A DNA stretch of 61,076 nucleotides, counting the filler. It is 6 parts of 6 records of this genome, joined end to end, with 100 filler letters (N's around TTAATTAATTAA, not from the genome) between each part and the next. Parts side by side here need not be neighbours in the genome. Positions count along the whole stretch, not along the records: positions 43,751 to 54,007 come from SRR20825010_3995; positions 54,108 to 57,927 come from SRR20825010_4013; positions 58,028 to 61,076 come from SRR20825010_4035; 3 more parts are not named here. One strand, given 5' to 3'. Both the position numbers and the translations under genes were made by a program. The notes below the pieces were generated by a model that had not been told where the DNA came from, searched no databases, and worked only from the letters and a program-made list of their open reading frames with translations. Below are positions 49,695 through 59,792 of the stretch, piece after piece (positions within the stretch are counted from its first letter, which is position 1; every line of letters starts with the position of its first letter).

Positions 49695-50597
49695 TTAGTT
49701 GGTCAGGTTAGGCGGTACAACCGGCGCTTCACGAAGAACGAGGATCGTGATCCTGCGATTCTCGGTTCTGTTAGGTTGGTCAGGGTAAAGTGGGTCAGTG
49801 CCCGCTTTGCCAATGACCTCAGAGAACCGATCCATTGATACACCGGATGTGTCAAGTTGCCTGCGGGCCGAATTCGCGCGGCCTGCGCTGAGCTCCCAGT
49901 TGGTTTCACCCTGCGGGCCGAAATATACTGCGCCGTCTGTATGGCCAAGGATAGTGATTCTGTTCGGCAAGGTCTGTACTGACTTGCCGATCTCGGTAAT
50001 CATGCTTTTAGCGAAATCATACAGCTCATCGGTGCCGGATTTGAACATGGGGCGGCGGTCCTTGTCGATCAGCTGGATCTTCATGCCGTCTTCGGTGATC
50101 TCCATGATCAACTGATCCGCAACCTGCGACAGCTCGGGCGATTGCTGGATCGCCATTCTGAGTTGCTCTTGCAATTGGCTGAAAGCTGCGTCTTCTTGCG
50201 CCTGAATGCGCTTGGCCAGCGTGTCGTCAATACCGCCTGCTTCATCCGTGCCCCGGTTTTCTCCGTCATCCTCACCGCTTTGCGGTGGGCCGGGCACACT
50301 GATGGCGACAATAGGTGTCGGGTTCGAGCCAATCGCATCGGCAGAGGGCGCATTTACGGCGTCAGCACCTGTGCGGCCTGATACTGCGGCTGTCGTAGGG
50401 CTGAAATAGTCAGCAAGGCCAGCGAGTGTTTCGGGGGGCGCCACATTGAGAAGCCACAACAGCATGAAAAACGCCATCATCGCGGTGGTGAAGTCAGCAT
50501 AAGCTACCTTCCAGGCGCCGCCATGGTGGCCGCCGCCCTGAACCTTCTTCACCTTCTTGATGATTGGGCGTACGTCATTGTCGTCGTTTTTCGCCAC
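49695..50597 (-). CDS. motB: Flagellar motor stator protein MotB
   Basis: HHGGAWKVAYADF.TAMMAFF; OmpA-like GHTD, NWELS..RA and NRRI. Confidence 0.93.
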   Translation of the reverse strand: MAKNDDNDVRPIIKKVKKVQGGGHHGGAWKVAYADFTTAMMAFFMLLWLLNVAPPETLAGLADYFSPTTAAVSGRTGADAVNAPSADAIGSNPTPIVAISVPGPPQSGEDDGENRGTDEAGGIDDTLAKRIQAQEDAAFSQLQEQLRMAIQQSPELSQVADQLIMEITEDGMKIQLIDKDRRPMFKSGTDELYDFAKSMITEIGKSVQTLPNRITILGHTDGAVYFGPQGETNWELSAGRANSARRQLDTSGVSMDRFSEVIGKAGTDPLYPDQPNRTENRRITILVLREAPVVPPNLTN

Positions 50598-50708
50598 CCG
50601 TATCTCCCGGTTGTGGTGCGTATGTCGCCAAACTATGGCGCCTTAGTCTTACCAAAAGGATAACCGCCTGATTTCATTCTGTTAAGGAGAATCTGGCGGC
50701 CACCCCTT

Positions 50709-53150
50709 TTAGTGCGGATGCAGGATCAGGATATCCTCCGCCCCATCGGTCACATTACCACTTGCGGGGATAGTAATATATTCCACATCACGCCAGCGTG
50801 GGAACAGGTCATCAAACTCGCCTGAGAACGGATTGCCAGACTGGCCGGTTGGCAGCACATAGAGCGATTTGTTGAGGTCGCTCAGGTCAAAAATACCACG
50901 GTAGCTTGGCCCGAAGGTAGAGCGGTTGAGCGTGCTTTTGCTTTCGCTCACGCCAGCGACATTGATGGTGTTGCGGCTGCCCGAGATCGGCGTTTCAATT
51001 TCAAAAAAGGAAGATACTACGGGCACTTGGCTCATGGGTCTGTGTGACTGGGTCAGGATATGTTCATCCCCCCACTTCCACGTTGTCCAGTTGTCGTGCC
51101 GACGCACAGACAGGTTATGCACCGTATCCCTGAGCGCGGCTTTCGCAAGCTCACCGCAGGTCTCAATCTTATCTTCCGTGACAATATCATCACACCAGGC
51201 TGTGGCTGCCTCACGGTCAATTGGTGTCAGATGATAGTAGGCATCTGGCAGTTCAAAACCATCGGGGGCAGAAAACAAAAGGCTGTCGCGGATCAGGCGG
51301 GAACGAATGCCGGTGAAGTCTTCGGCCATACTGCCAAGCTCATCATTCATCAGGCGAGCCTGATAGCTGCGCATAAACTCGTGGAAGATCAGCGGCTCGG
51401 GCCTGTCTGCATCCATGGTGCCGTCCCACGCCAGAAGGGCGTCAGCGACCTCACCTTCACCGGCAAGATGAACCTTCAGTACGGGTAAAAGGTCCCGCGC
51501 CATGTCTGACACCACATCGCCATGAAGTGCTTTGAAACTATCGAGGTCATGCGGGGCAAGGCGTTCAAGTTCAGCCCGGATACGGTTGCCCCGGTACGGC
51601 AAAGCCCAGTCGCGGGTGATGAAATGCGGATAGTCACCATCAACGATTTTCTCGTTTGCGGTGGCGATCACACCGCCTTCCGGGTTGAAGTAGGTTGGCA
51701 ATTCTTCATACGGGATGAAACCCTGCCAGTCGTATTTCGCGATCCAGCCCGGCGAGGGCAGGCGGCCCATGATCTCGTTATCGCTGTGGCGTACTGGCAC
51801 TTGCGCAGGCGCATAATAGCCGATGTTGCCGTCGGTATCGGCGTAGATCATGTTCTGCTCAGGCCCGAAATAATATTGGCCAGCGGCTTTGAAGGCTTCA
51901 AAGTCCCGCGCTTGTGAGAGCTTGAGCAGTCCCGTGGGTGCGGTGTCTGTGTCGCCCAGCGCTGTCCATTGCAGCGCAAGCACATAGCCGTCCTCGATAA
52001 AGTTGGCGCGGTCACCCAGTACGTCAGACACCACGGGACCATGCCGTGTTTCCTTCACTGTCAGGTGTATGTCGTCACCACCCTTGACCTTGATAACCTC
52101 AACACGAGTGGTGAAATCAGCCGGGCCGTCAGGCGTCAGATATTGTGTACCGTCATCCCCCACCAGTTTCTCAACAAAAAGATCCTGAATATCAGGCGCT
52201 GTGTTGGTGAAGCCCCAGGCGATCTTGTCATTACGGCCCAGAATAACAGACGGCGTACCAGGGAAAGTGACCCCAATCACATTGGTGCCGGTTGTGGTGT
52301 TATGAAGCCGCGCCAGATACCAGATCGACGGTGTAGTCAACCCAAGGTGCGGGTCATTCGCCAGCAGTGGCATGCCGCTCTTGGTCATGCTGCCATCAAC
52401 CACCCAGTTGTTGGAGCCGTAACCCTCCTGTTTCTCAGGCCCAACAAGCGCCGCTGCGCCATCAATGCCAGCGCGGGCGTATATAGCACCAAGATCAGGG
52501 AAGGGGCTTTCTTCATCACCCGGGTAGGGCGGATAAATAGAGCGCACCTGCGCTGGTGTGAGTTTGCTGAGGAGCTTGGCGCGTGAAAGCTCTGAACGCA
52601 TGTTGCCAGACAAGTCCAGCCACATCATCTTCTGCCACACGAGGGTGTCAACCGGGCTCCATGGCTCGGGCTTTACGCCGGTGAGAACAAACTCTGGCGG
52701 CAATGCGCCCTTGCGGGTGCGCGCGTAAGCGTTCACACCGTTGGCATAAGCTTGCAGTGCGCTTCGCGTGGCTTCATCCAGGTTAGCCAATGCGCTTTCA
52801 GCCTTGCGGCGAAAACCAAGCGTGCGGAAGTAGCGGTCGAAACCAAGGCCTGCTTCGCCAAGCACTTCAGCCACGCGGCCATTACCAATGCGGCGGTTCA
52901 TTTCCATCTGCCACAGGCGGTCTTGCGCGTGCACATAGCCTATCGCGAACTGGAGGTCATGTTCGCTCGCGGCACCAATATGCGGGATGCCGTGGGCATG
53001 ACGCGCGATGGTAATGGGGGCCGTGGGGCCTTCAAGCGTGACCGTGCCGCTTACTTTTGGCAAGCTGCTTCGCATCCAGCCAAAGGCCAGAAACAGCACG
53101 CAGATTAGAAAAAGTAAGACGATAGACGACCATAATTTAACCGCGCGCAT
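50709..53150 (-). CDS. Penicillin acylase family Ntn-hydrolase
   Basis: GIPHI, GYVHAQDRLWQM, GSNNWVV (catalytic Ser), LANDPHL and GQSGNP.S. Confidence 0.94.
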   Translation of the reverse strand: MRAVKLWSSIVLLFLICVLFLAFGWMRSSLPKVSGTVTLEGPTAPITIARHAHGIPHIGAASEHDLQFAIGYVHAQDRLWQMEMNRRIGNGRVAEVLGEAGLGFDRYFRTLGFRRKAESALANLDEATRSALQAYANGVNAYARTRKGALPPEFVLTGVKPEPWSPVDTLVWQKMMWLDLSGNMRSELSRAKLLSKLTPAQVRSIYPPYPGDEESPFPDLGAIYARAGIDGAAALVGPEKQEGYGSNNWVVDGSMTKSGMPLLANDPHLGLTTPSIWYLARLHNTTTGTNVIGVTFPGTPSVILGRNDKIAWGFTNTAPDIQDLFVEKLVGDDGTQYLTPDGPADFTTRVEVIKVKGGDDIHLTVKETRHGPVVSDVLGDRANFIEDGYVLALQWTALGDTDTAPTGLLKLSQARDFEAFKAAGQYYFGPEQNMIYADTDGNIGYYAPAQVPVRHSDNEIMGRLPSPGWIAKYDWQGFIPYEELPTYFNPEGGVIATANEKIVDGDYPHFITRDWALPYRGNRIRAELERLAPHDLDSFKALHGDVVSDMARDLLPVLKVHLAGEGEVADALLAWDGTMDADRPEPLIFHEFMRSYQARLMNDELGSMAEDFTGIRSRLIRDSLLFSAPDGFELPDAYYHLTPIDREAATAWCDDIVTEDKIETCGELAKAALRDTVHNLSVRRHDNWTTWKWGDEHILTQSHRPMSQVPVVSSFFEIETPISGSRNTINVAGVSESKSTLNRSTFGPSYRGIFDLSDLNKSLYVLPTGQSGNPFSGEFDDLFPRWRDVEYITIPASGNVTDGAEDILILHPH

Positions 53151-53279
53151 GTTTTTATTCTCCCCCGAAAGTGCATGCTGGACTTAAGGCCATGAGCCGC
53201 ATAGGAACATAACCAAGCTTATCACCAACTAACCTTAATGGACCTTGAAGTCCATAAATAGTCAGCAAGGGAGCGTATC

Positions 53280-54007
53280 ATGGCGAATGTTGCATTTCTG
53301 GGTTTGGGTGTCATGGGATATCCAATGGCGGGGCACCTTGCCGCCGCAGGGCACAATGTTACTGTTTTTAATCGAACTGGCGCCAAGGCCGAAGCCTGGG
53401 TTGAAGACTATGCTGACAAGGCGACGGGAGAGCTGTATGCCGCACCAACGCCTGCCGGTGCCGCAGCGGACGCTGACATCGTGTTTGCCTGCGTGGGGGC
53501 AGACAAGGACGTGGCCGAGGTTTGCGTGGGCCCGGAGGGCGCCTTTGACGCCATGAAACAGGGTGCGATTTTTGTTGACCACACCACGGCATCGGCCGAT
53601 TGCGCCCGCACCATGGCTATAGCTGCAAAGCAGAAGGGCCTTGAGTTTATTGATGCGCCAGTCTCAGGCGGCGAAGCGGGGGCTGTGAACGGGGCGCTGA
53701 CAGTGATGTGTGGCGGTGACGATGCGGCGTTCAAAACAGTGGAACCCGTGATCACGACCTATGCCAAGTCGGTCAAGCTTCTGGGTGCTGCGGGCGCTGG
53801 GCAGTTGACCAAAATGGTCAATCAGGTGTGTATCGCGGGCGTGGTGCAGGGCCTCGCGGAAGCACTGCATTTTGCTATGGAAGCCGGGCTTGACGCCAAG
53901 GCTGTGGTTGATGTGATCTCCAAAGGGGCGGCACAAAGCTGGCAGATGGAAAACCGGGCCGAGACCATGATCGACGGCAAGTTTGACTTTGGCTTTGCCG
54001 TTGACTG
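53280..54007 (+). CDS. 3-hydroxyisobutyrate dehydrogenase-family NAD(P)-dependent oxidoreductase (3' truncated)
   Basis: FLGLGVMGYPMA, DAPVSGG and GAGQLTKMVNQ. Confidence 0.92.
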
Positions 54008-54107
54008 NNNNNNNNNNNNNNNNNNNNNNNNNNNNNNNNNNNNNNNNNNNNTTAATTAATTAANNNNNNNNNNNNNNNNNNNNNNNNNNNNNNNNNNNNN
54101 NNNNNNN
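54008..54107. other. Artificial contig spacer
   Basis: N-run with TTAATTAATTAA. Confidence 0.99.
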
Positions 54108-54755
54108 CGGATAGTCCTTGTTGGCGACACCGAGGATTGAGTTGTCGTGCTTGCCGGAGAAGACCGGCTCGAAATCGCGCTCCGGCAGCATGTCGTAATC
54201 GGCCTTCAGGATCGCCGACGGTGCTTTGAAGCCCGAGTTCGAGGTCTGCGAGGTGAAGGCCATCTTCTTGCCTTTGATATCCTCGACCTTCTCGATGCCG
54301 CTACCCGGATAGGTGATGATTTCCATGTTGTAGCCGAAGTTTCCGTCCTTCGACGCCATGATGGCGAAGGAAACGAACCCGGCGCAATTCACAGCCAGCG
54401 GGTTTGAACCGGTGTTGAAGCCCGCAATATGCAGGCGGCCGGCGCGCATGGCTTCGATCTGGGCGGCGTTGGACTGGACCGGGAAGAACTGAACCTTCTT
54501 GCCTGTCACATCTTCCATATGGCGCAGGAAGCCATCCCAGACCTTGGCATAGACAGCGGGATCCTCGACCGGCGTATAGGCGAAGATAAGGGTGCTCGGA
54601 TCGATCTGCTGGCTCGGATCGGTCGGTGTGTCGGCGACCAGATCGCCGTTCTTGTCCTGGAACCTTGCGTCGAGAGCATGGGATGCGCCGGACCAGCCCA
54701 TGGTCAGGGCGCTAACGGCGACTGCGGCGAAACGAATAATCCCGCGTGTGTTCAT
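54108..54755 (-). CDS. phnD: Phosphate/phosphite/phosphonate ABC substrate-binding protein PhnD-like (3' truncated)
   Basis: Signal peptide, AQIEAMRAG, TSNSGFKAP and FSGKHDNS. Confidence 0.85.
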
Positions 54756-55050
54756 AACGGGTAACCTCCCTGTGTCAGATTGGGCACCTCATTTACCTGA
54801 AGTGCGTTTTCATTTGAAGATACAGACTTTCATTCGAAAGCGAACCTTTCGTCAGAATAATCGAATTGTCGAGCGGAACCGTATGGCTATCAAGAAATTT
54901 CCGGCGCTGCGGAGCGGCGCGCGGATGGTTTCGTTCGCTCGACCGTAACCATTCAGGGTTTGCCCATACCTGGCCCGATAGCGAATCGAGGGCGTCATTT
55001 TTCCGGCTTCAGATGCGTGCAGCGCCGCTTTCGGGCGCCGGGACGGCTGC

Positions 55051-55530
55051 TCAGGCCTCGCGGTCGAGTTCTCCGAAATCAAGCACGGGGGCCGCGTCGA
55101 TTTCCTCGGCGTCGAGCATGGTGGCGATCCGTTCCAGTCCCGCCACCAGCATCATTTGCTCCCAGTCCTTCAGCTTGTCGAAGCGTTTTCGAAACAGTTC
55201 CTGAAGATCGTCCGGTGCTTCGGCCAGCCTGATGCGCCCGCTGTCGCTGAGTTTGAGCCAGACCTGACGGCGATCGGTGTTGCCGCGCTGTTTCACCACC
55301 AGCCCCTTGGCTTCCAGCTTGTGGACCAGGGATGTGGTCGTCGCCTGGGTGATCCCCAGCCGGGAAGCGATGGTCCCCGCCGTGCATTCGACCTCGTCGG
55401 CGAGGGTCTGCAGCAGCAGGAGCTGGGATGCCGTGAGGCCCGATTCACGGGACAGTGCCCGGGCACGGTTTTCCGTGGCCCGCAATATCCGGCGCAGCAC
55501 GACGAGGGCGTGTTGTGACTGGTGGTCCAT
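55051..55530 (-). CDS. ectR: MarR family regulator of ectoine synthesis (EctR-like)
   Basis: LRRI.RA....AR.L....GLT.SQL, DRRQV, MLDA..IDAAP.L; divergent from ectABC. Confidence 0.85.
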   Translation of the reverse strand: MDHQSQHALVVLRRILRATENRARALSRESGLTASQLLLLQTLADEVECTAGTIASRLGITQATTTSLVHKLEAKGLVVKQRGNTDRRQVWLKLSDSGRIRLAEAPDDLQELFRKRFDKLKDWEQMMLVAGLERIATMLDAEEIDAAPVLDFGELDREA

Positions 55531-55759
55531 TTTGTCTCCGAAAGCTCGCGGCCCGACTATGACCCGAGCGGGCGATAGCGAGAAATTGTTTTAGTTTTAT
55601 CAGCTAAATAATTTTTTTGCCCAAAGGGCCTGCTTGTTTCGATTCACAGACATAATAATGCCTAATTCCGACATAGGAAGTTGGCGTCGAGATTCAGAAA
55701 AAATGCGATTAAGCGCGCTTTGGAAACATAAATGTCTTGTTTGCGACATGGCAATAACG

Positions 55760-55787
55760 TTGACAAAATTAGTTAGGCTAACTAAAT
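55760..55787 (+). promoter_or_regulatory. ectA promoter -35 with 8-1-8 palindromic operator
   Basis: TTGACA 55760-55765 followed by TTAGTTAG-G-CTAACTAA (55769-55785). Confidence 0.75.
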
Positions 55788-55815
55788 AACAGCCACCTAC
55801 TCAAAAGGGGTGGCT

Positions 55816-56373
55816 ATGAAGATCGAGATATCAAAAGACGGATCGCGCCATAAGGCGGGCCGAAAAGATGGTGTGACCTTTCGTCGTCCGACGTCGACGG
55901 ACGGAGCGTCTGTGTGGAACCTGATCGGTGACCTGGACGCGCTCGACGACAATTCGATGTACTGCAACCTTCTGCAGTGCACGCATTTCGCGGAGACCTG
56001 CGTGGTTGCGGAGTTGGACGGGGATGTGATCGGCTGGGTATCGGCCTATCTGCCACCTGCCAAGTCCGGAACCCTGTTCGTCTGGCAGGTTGCCGTCGCT
56101 CCCCAGGCGCGCGGGCGTGGGCTGGCGAAAGCCATGCTGCGCGACCTGCTGAAGCGGGGCGCCTGCGCGGATGTCACGCATATGGAGAGCACCATTACCA
56201 AGGACAACGAAGCGTCCTGGGCTCTCTTCCGGTCGATTGCCGGAGAGATCGAAGGCGATCTCAATCACAATCCCCATTTTCGGCGCGATCAGCATTTCGA
56301 TGGTGAACACGCGACGGAACATCTGGTCCGCATCGGGCCAATCGAGAGCGAACGCTACGCCAGCGCGGCCTGA
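55816..56373 (+). CDS. ectA: Diaminobutyrate acetyltransferase
   Basis: LDDNS.YCNLLQC.HFA.TC, LFVWQVAV...ARGRGL and TIT.DN.ASWALF. Confidence 0.95.
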   Translation: MKIEISKDGSRHKAGRKDGVTFRRPTSTDGASVWNLIGDLDALDDNSMYCNLLQCTHFAETCVVAELDGDVIGWVSAYLPPAKSGTLFVWQVAVAPQARGRGLAKAMLRDLLKRGACADVTHMESTITKDNEASWALFRSIAGEIEGDLNHNPHFRRDQHFDGEHATEHLVRIGPIESERYASAA

Positions 56374-56439
56374 CAGCCGCCGCCGTGCGCTTATTGGCGT
56401 TCGCCCATCCAAGAAAAATCAGGCCACAAGGAGCCGAAA

Positions 56440-57714
56440 ATGACGAACGATCTTTCCGTTTACGAGAATGTCGAATCGAACGTGCGCAGCTATTGCCGCA
56501 GCTTTCCGGTCAGCTTCACCAGCGCCTCCGGCGCGGAGATCACCGGTGCGGACGGCAAGACCTATATCGACTTCCTGGCCGGCTGCTCGTCGCTGAATTA
56601 CGGCCATAATGACGAGGACATGAAGCAGGCGCTGGTCGACTACATCACCAGCGACGGCATCACCCACGGTCTCGACTTCCACACGGAAGCCAAGGGCGCC
56701 TTTCTGGAGGCGTTCGACCGGATCATCCTGCAGCCGCGCGAGATGGATTACCGTCTGCAATTCACCGGCCCGACCGGCGCCAACGCCGTGGAAGCGGCGC
56801 TGAAACTTGCGCGCAAGGTCACTGGCCGCGACCGGATCGTTGCTTTCACCAACGGTTTTCACGGTGTGACGCTTGGCGCACTGGCCTGCACCGGCAACGG
56901 CTATCACCGCAAGGGCGCATCCCGCCCGCTCGATGGTGTCGACCGCATGCCGTATGAAGGCGCGCTCGGCAAGGACATCGACTCCCTCAAGGTGCTTGAG
57001 GAAATGTATCGTAACCCGTCCAGCGGCTTCGAGGCGCCGGCGGCCTTCATTCTGGAAACGGTCCAGGGCGAGGGCGGTCTGAACGATTCCAGCGCCGAAT
57101 GGCTGCAGGGTGTCGAACGGCTGGCACGCGAGCTGGGCGCCTTGCTCATCGTCGACGATATCCAGGCCGGTTGCGGCCGGACCGGTACCTTCTTCTCCTT
57201 CGAGAAGATGGGCATCGCGCCGGATATCGTGACCATGGCGAAATCGCTGTCCGGCATGGGCCTGCCCTTTGCCATGACACTGCTGCGTCCGGAGCTCGAT
57301 ATCTGGTCGCCGGCCGAGCATAACGGCACCTTCCGGGGCAACAACCACGCCTTCGTTACGGCCCGCATCGCGCTTGAGAAATTTTGGTCCGATGCCAGCT
57401 TCTCCCAGAAGGTCGAGGCGAAAGCCGAGCTGCTGGAAGGCCGGCTGAGGGAAATCGCCATCAAGACCGGTGGCAAGGTCAAGGGCCGCGGCATGTTCCG
57501 CGGTGTCGATGTCGGCTCCGGGGAGCTGGCGGACGAGATCTGCCGCGAATGTTTCGAGAACGGCCTGATCATCGAGACCTCCGGCGCCCATGGCGAAGTG
57601 GTCAAGGTGCTGGCGCCGCTGACTATTGATGTTGGTCTGTTTGAGCGCGGTCTCGACATCATGGCCGAGGCGGCTGCTACTGTGGTCAAGGCCCGGCTGT
57701 CCGCCGCGGCCTAA
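56440..57714 (+). CDS. ectB: Diaminobutyrate--2-oxoglutarate transaminase
   Basis: ESNVRSYCRSFP, LNYGHN, GPTGANAVEAALKLARK, DDIQAGCGRTG, AKS.SG.GLP and EHNGTFRGNN. Confidence 0.97.
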   Translation: MTNDLSVYENVESNVRSYCRSFPVSFTSASGAEITGADGKTYIDFLAGCSSLNYGHNDEDMKQALVDYITSDGITHGLDFHTEAKGAFLEAFDRIILQPREMDYRLQFTGPTGANAVEAALKLARKVTGRDRIVAFTNGFHGVTLGALACTGNGYHRKGASRPLDGVDRMPYEGALGKDIDSLKVLEEMYRNPSSGFEAPAAFILETVQGEGGLNDSSAEWLQGVERLARELGALLIVDDIQAGCGRTGTFFSFEKMGIAPDIVTMAKSLSGMGLPFAMTLLRPELDIWSPAEHNGTFRGNNHAFVTARIALEKFWSDASFSQKVEAKAELLEGRLREIAIKTGGKVKGRGMFRGVDVGSGELADEICRECFENGLIIETSGAHGEVVKVLAPLTIDVGLFERGLDIMAEAAATVVKARLSAAA

Positions 57715-57759
57715 CGCCCGAAACGCATTACAATTCACTTCAAGATACGAGAGTTAAAA

Positions 57760-57927
57760 ATGATTGTTCGTTCCTATGACGATTGCCGCGACACCGACCG
57801 CCATGTTGTGACGGAAGGCTGGGAAAGCGTGCGTATGTTGCTGAAGGACGACAAGATGGGCTTCAGCTTCCATATCACGACCATCTTCCCGAACAGCGAG
57901 CACACGTTCGAATACAAGAACCATTTC
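57760..57927 (+). CDS. ectC: Ectoine synthase (5' part)
   Basis: MIVR...[16 protein letters not shown]...Y.NH. Confidence 0.94.
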
Positions 57928-58027
57928 NNNNNNNNNNNNNNNNNNNNNNNNNNNNNNNNNNNNNNNNNNNNTTAATTAATTAANNNNNNNNNNNNNNNNN
58001 NNNNNNNNNNNNNNNNNNNNNNNNNNN
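57928..58027. other. Artificial contig spacer
   Basis: N-run with TTAATTAATTAA. Confidence 0.99.
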
Positions 58028-58304
58028 GATGCCGATCATTTTCCCGACCGATGGCGGACAAAATGCCGCAATCAGTGCGCTTCGCGGTGCCGGGGATAAA
58101 TGGGCGCCGACGGTTCTGCATCTGGTGTCATATATCCTTGTGATGATCCCGGCGGGCTATTACCTGACATTCGTTATGGAAATGGGCGTGCCCGGATTGT
58201 TCTGGGGCATCGTGATTGCAAGCCTTGTCGCCGTGTGTGGCCTTGCAATCCGGTTTAAAATTGTCTCGGGCCGGGAAATCCCGGCATATGTCAGACGCAC
58301 CTGA
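58028..58304 (+). CDS. MATE family efflux transporter (3' end only)
   Basis: DG.Q....ALRG.GD...P, Y....P.GY and G..G.FWG motifs of the MATE C-terminus. Confidence 0.8.
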
Positions 58305-58325
58305 ACCAAGCCTCCGCTTGAAATC

Positions 58326-58367
58326 AAAAAGGTCCGCTGGATTAATCTGGCGGACCTTTTATGTTTT
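58326..58367. terminator. Bidirectional Rho-independent terminator
   Basis: AAAAAGGTCCGCTGGA-ttaa-TCTGGCGGACCTTTT between convergent genes. Confidence 0.8.
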
Positions 58368-58385
58368 CGACCTTGACCCGCTGGA

Positions 58386-59651
58386 TCAGGAGCGCGTGGC
58401 ATCAAACTGACGACGCGGCATCAGCAAATCACAGAACGGCAGAACCAATGTGTCGAAAGCAGATGCCGCACGGGCGGCATCAATACGGATAATGTGCTGT
58501 TCGATATCACGCTGGGTTGCCAAATCCCCAAGCGGGGTAAGTTCCGGCAGCGCATCAACCAATGTTGCGTAAAATTCAATCTGATCATCGCGGGCCGTAC
58601 CAGATGCCAGATTGCCCAAATGATTATAAAGCGCCATGGCAAGGAACCAGCGACAATACGGCATCAGGCCCTGAAGAATTTCGCCGCGTTGTTGCGGCTG
58701 TAAATATTGCTGAAGGTCATTATCAAGCCAGACGGCATTTTGCACACCGGCAACAAAGGCATTGCGCAAGGCGGGCTGTTCATCGGTAAAGAACACAGTT
58801 GTCAGCCAAGCAGAAAGATCATCAAGCGATTTGCGCCGGGTATCGGGGGTGCTGTCGGGTGCGAAATCAAGGGCCGGCATTGCCGGTTTGCCCGACATCG
58901 CAAGGCTTGCCACCGCCGGATCGATCAGCGCATTGGAAAGCCATGCGTGATGCCAGATGCGCATTGGCCGGAAATAAGGTTCTTTTTCAAAACCGCCTGC
59001 TTCGATCCAGCTTTCGATCAAATGCGCACGGCCCAGTGCCATGCCAAGACGCATGGCATCTTCAAATCCCATCCCCCCCATCAGGAACGGATCCCCCAGC
59101 ATGTCTTCGAGCAAGGGAAGCGATGCCGCAACGTGATCGGCGCGAAGCCCCGCCCCCAGCGGTTGATAGAACGATGCACCATCGCCATGATCAAAGATCG
59201 CACGGGCATGTTTTGCAAACGCCCCCCAGAAAACAAGCTTTACCGGTTCTGCCCGTTTGCGCCAAAGCGGTCGGGTCATGTGCCAGTTTTCTGTTTCAAA
59301 CTCGGCCAAAGCCATCGCATCAACCAGACGGGCAAGCGGCTTTGCCACCGCACGTTCAAGATCATCGACCGCCCCCAAATGCCCGACCGACAGGCGCCAG
59401 CCCGGCTGTTCATGCGGGTGATGATCAAGCCATAACATGGCAAATCCCGATGCGCCGACACGTTGTGCCGATGGCGCAACCAGATCAAAGAACAAAGACA
59501 ACGGAGCTGGTATTTCCGGAACCGTATGATCGGCCAAAGCATCCCCAACCAGCCAGGTTTTGACCATCACGTCATCGGCATCTGGCCGATCCTTGAAACG
59601 TGGCGGCAGGAACCCCGAATACTGGCCGGAAGCATTGGAAATGTCGGTCAT
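58386..59651 (-). CDS. Hypothetical protein
   Basis: 421-aa ORF with SD GAGG and a downstream terminator; no family recognised. Confidence 0.7.
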   Translation of the reverse strand: MTDISNASGQYSGFLPPRFKDRPDADDVMVKTWLVGDALADHTVPEIPAPLSLFFDLVAPSAQRVGASGFAMLWLDHHPHEQPGWRLSVGHLGAVDDLERAVAKPLARLVDAMALAEFETENWHMTRPLWRKRAEPVKLVFWGAFAKHARAIFDHGDGASFYQPLGAGLRADHVAASLPLLEDMLGDPFLMGGMGFEDAMRLGMALGRAHLIESWIEAGGFEKEPYFRPMRIWHHAWLSNALIDPAVASLAMSGKPAMPALDFAPDSTPDTRRKSLDDLSAWLTTVFFTDEQPALRNAFVAGVQNAVWLDNDLQQYLQPQQRGEILQGLMPYCRWFLAMALYNHLGNLASGTARDDQIEFYATLVDALPELTPLGDLATQRDIEQHIIRIDAARAASAFDTLVLPFCDLLMPRRQFDATRS

Positions 59652-59792
59652 GGCAGCCTCGTCTAAGCAAATGGCGCACGTCAGGGTGCAGGATCTGCGA
59701 CCTGCTGATAAACAAGGTTGCCGATCAGGTCAATCACACCGGGTGAATGCAAATCCATGATGGATGCCAGTTCCGGCACAGCAAGGCTCGGT

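Noticed and set aside
49695-50597. motB with no adjacent motA
   Set aside because: Separation of motA and motB is common in alphaproteobacteria
54756-55050. Possible Pho box upstream of phnD-like gene
   Set aside because: TTTCAT-like repeats are in the wrong orientation and lack 11-bp periodicity
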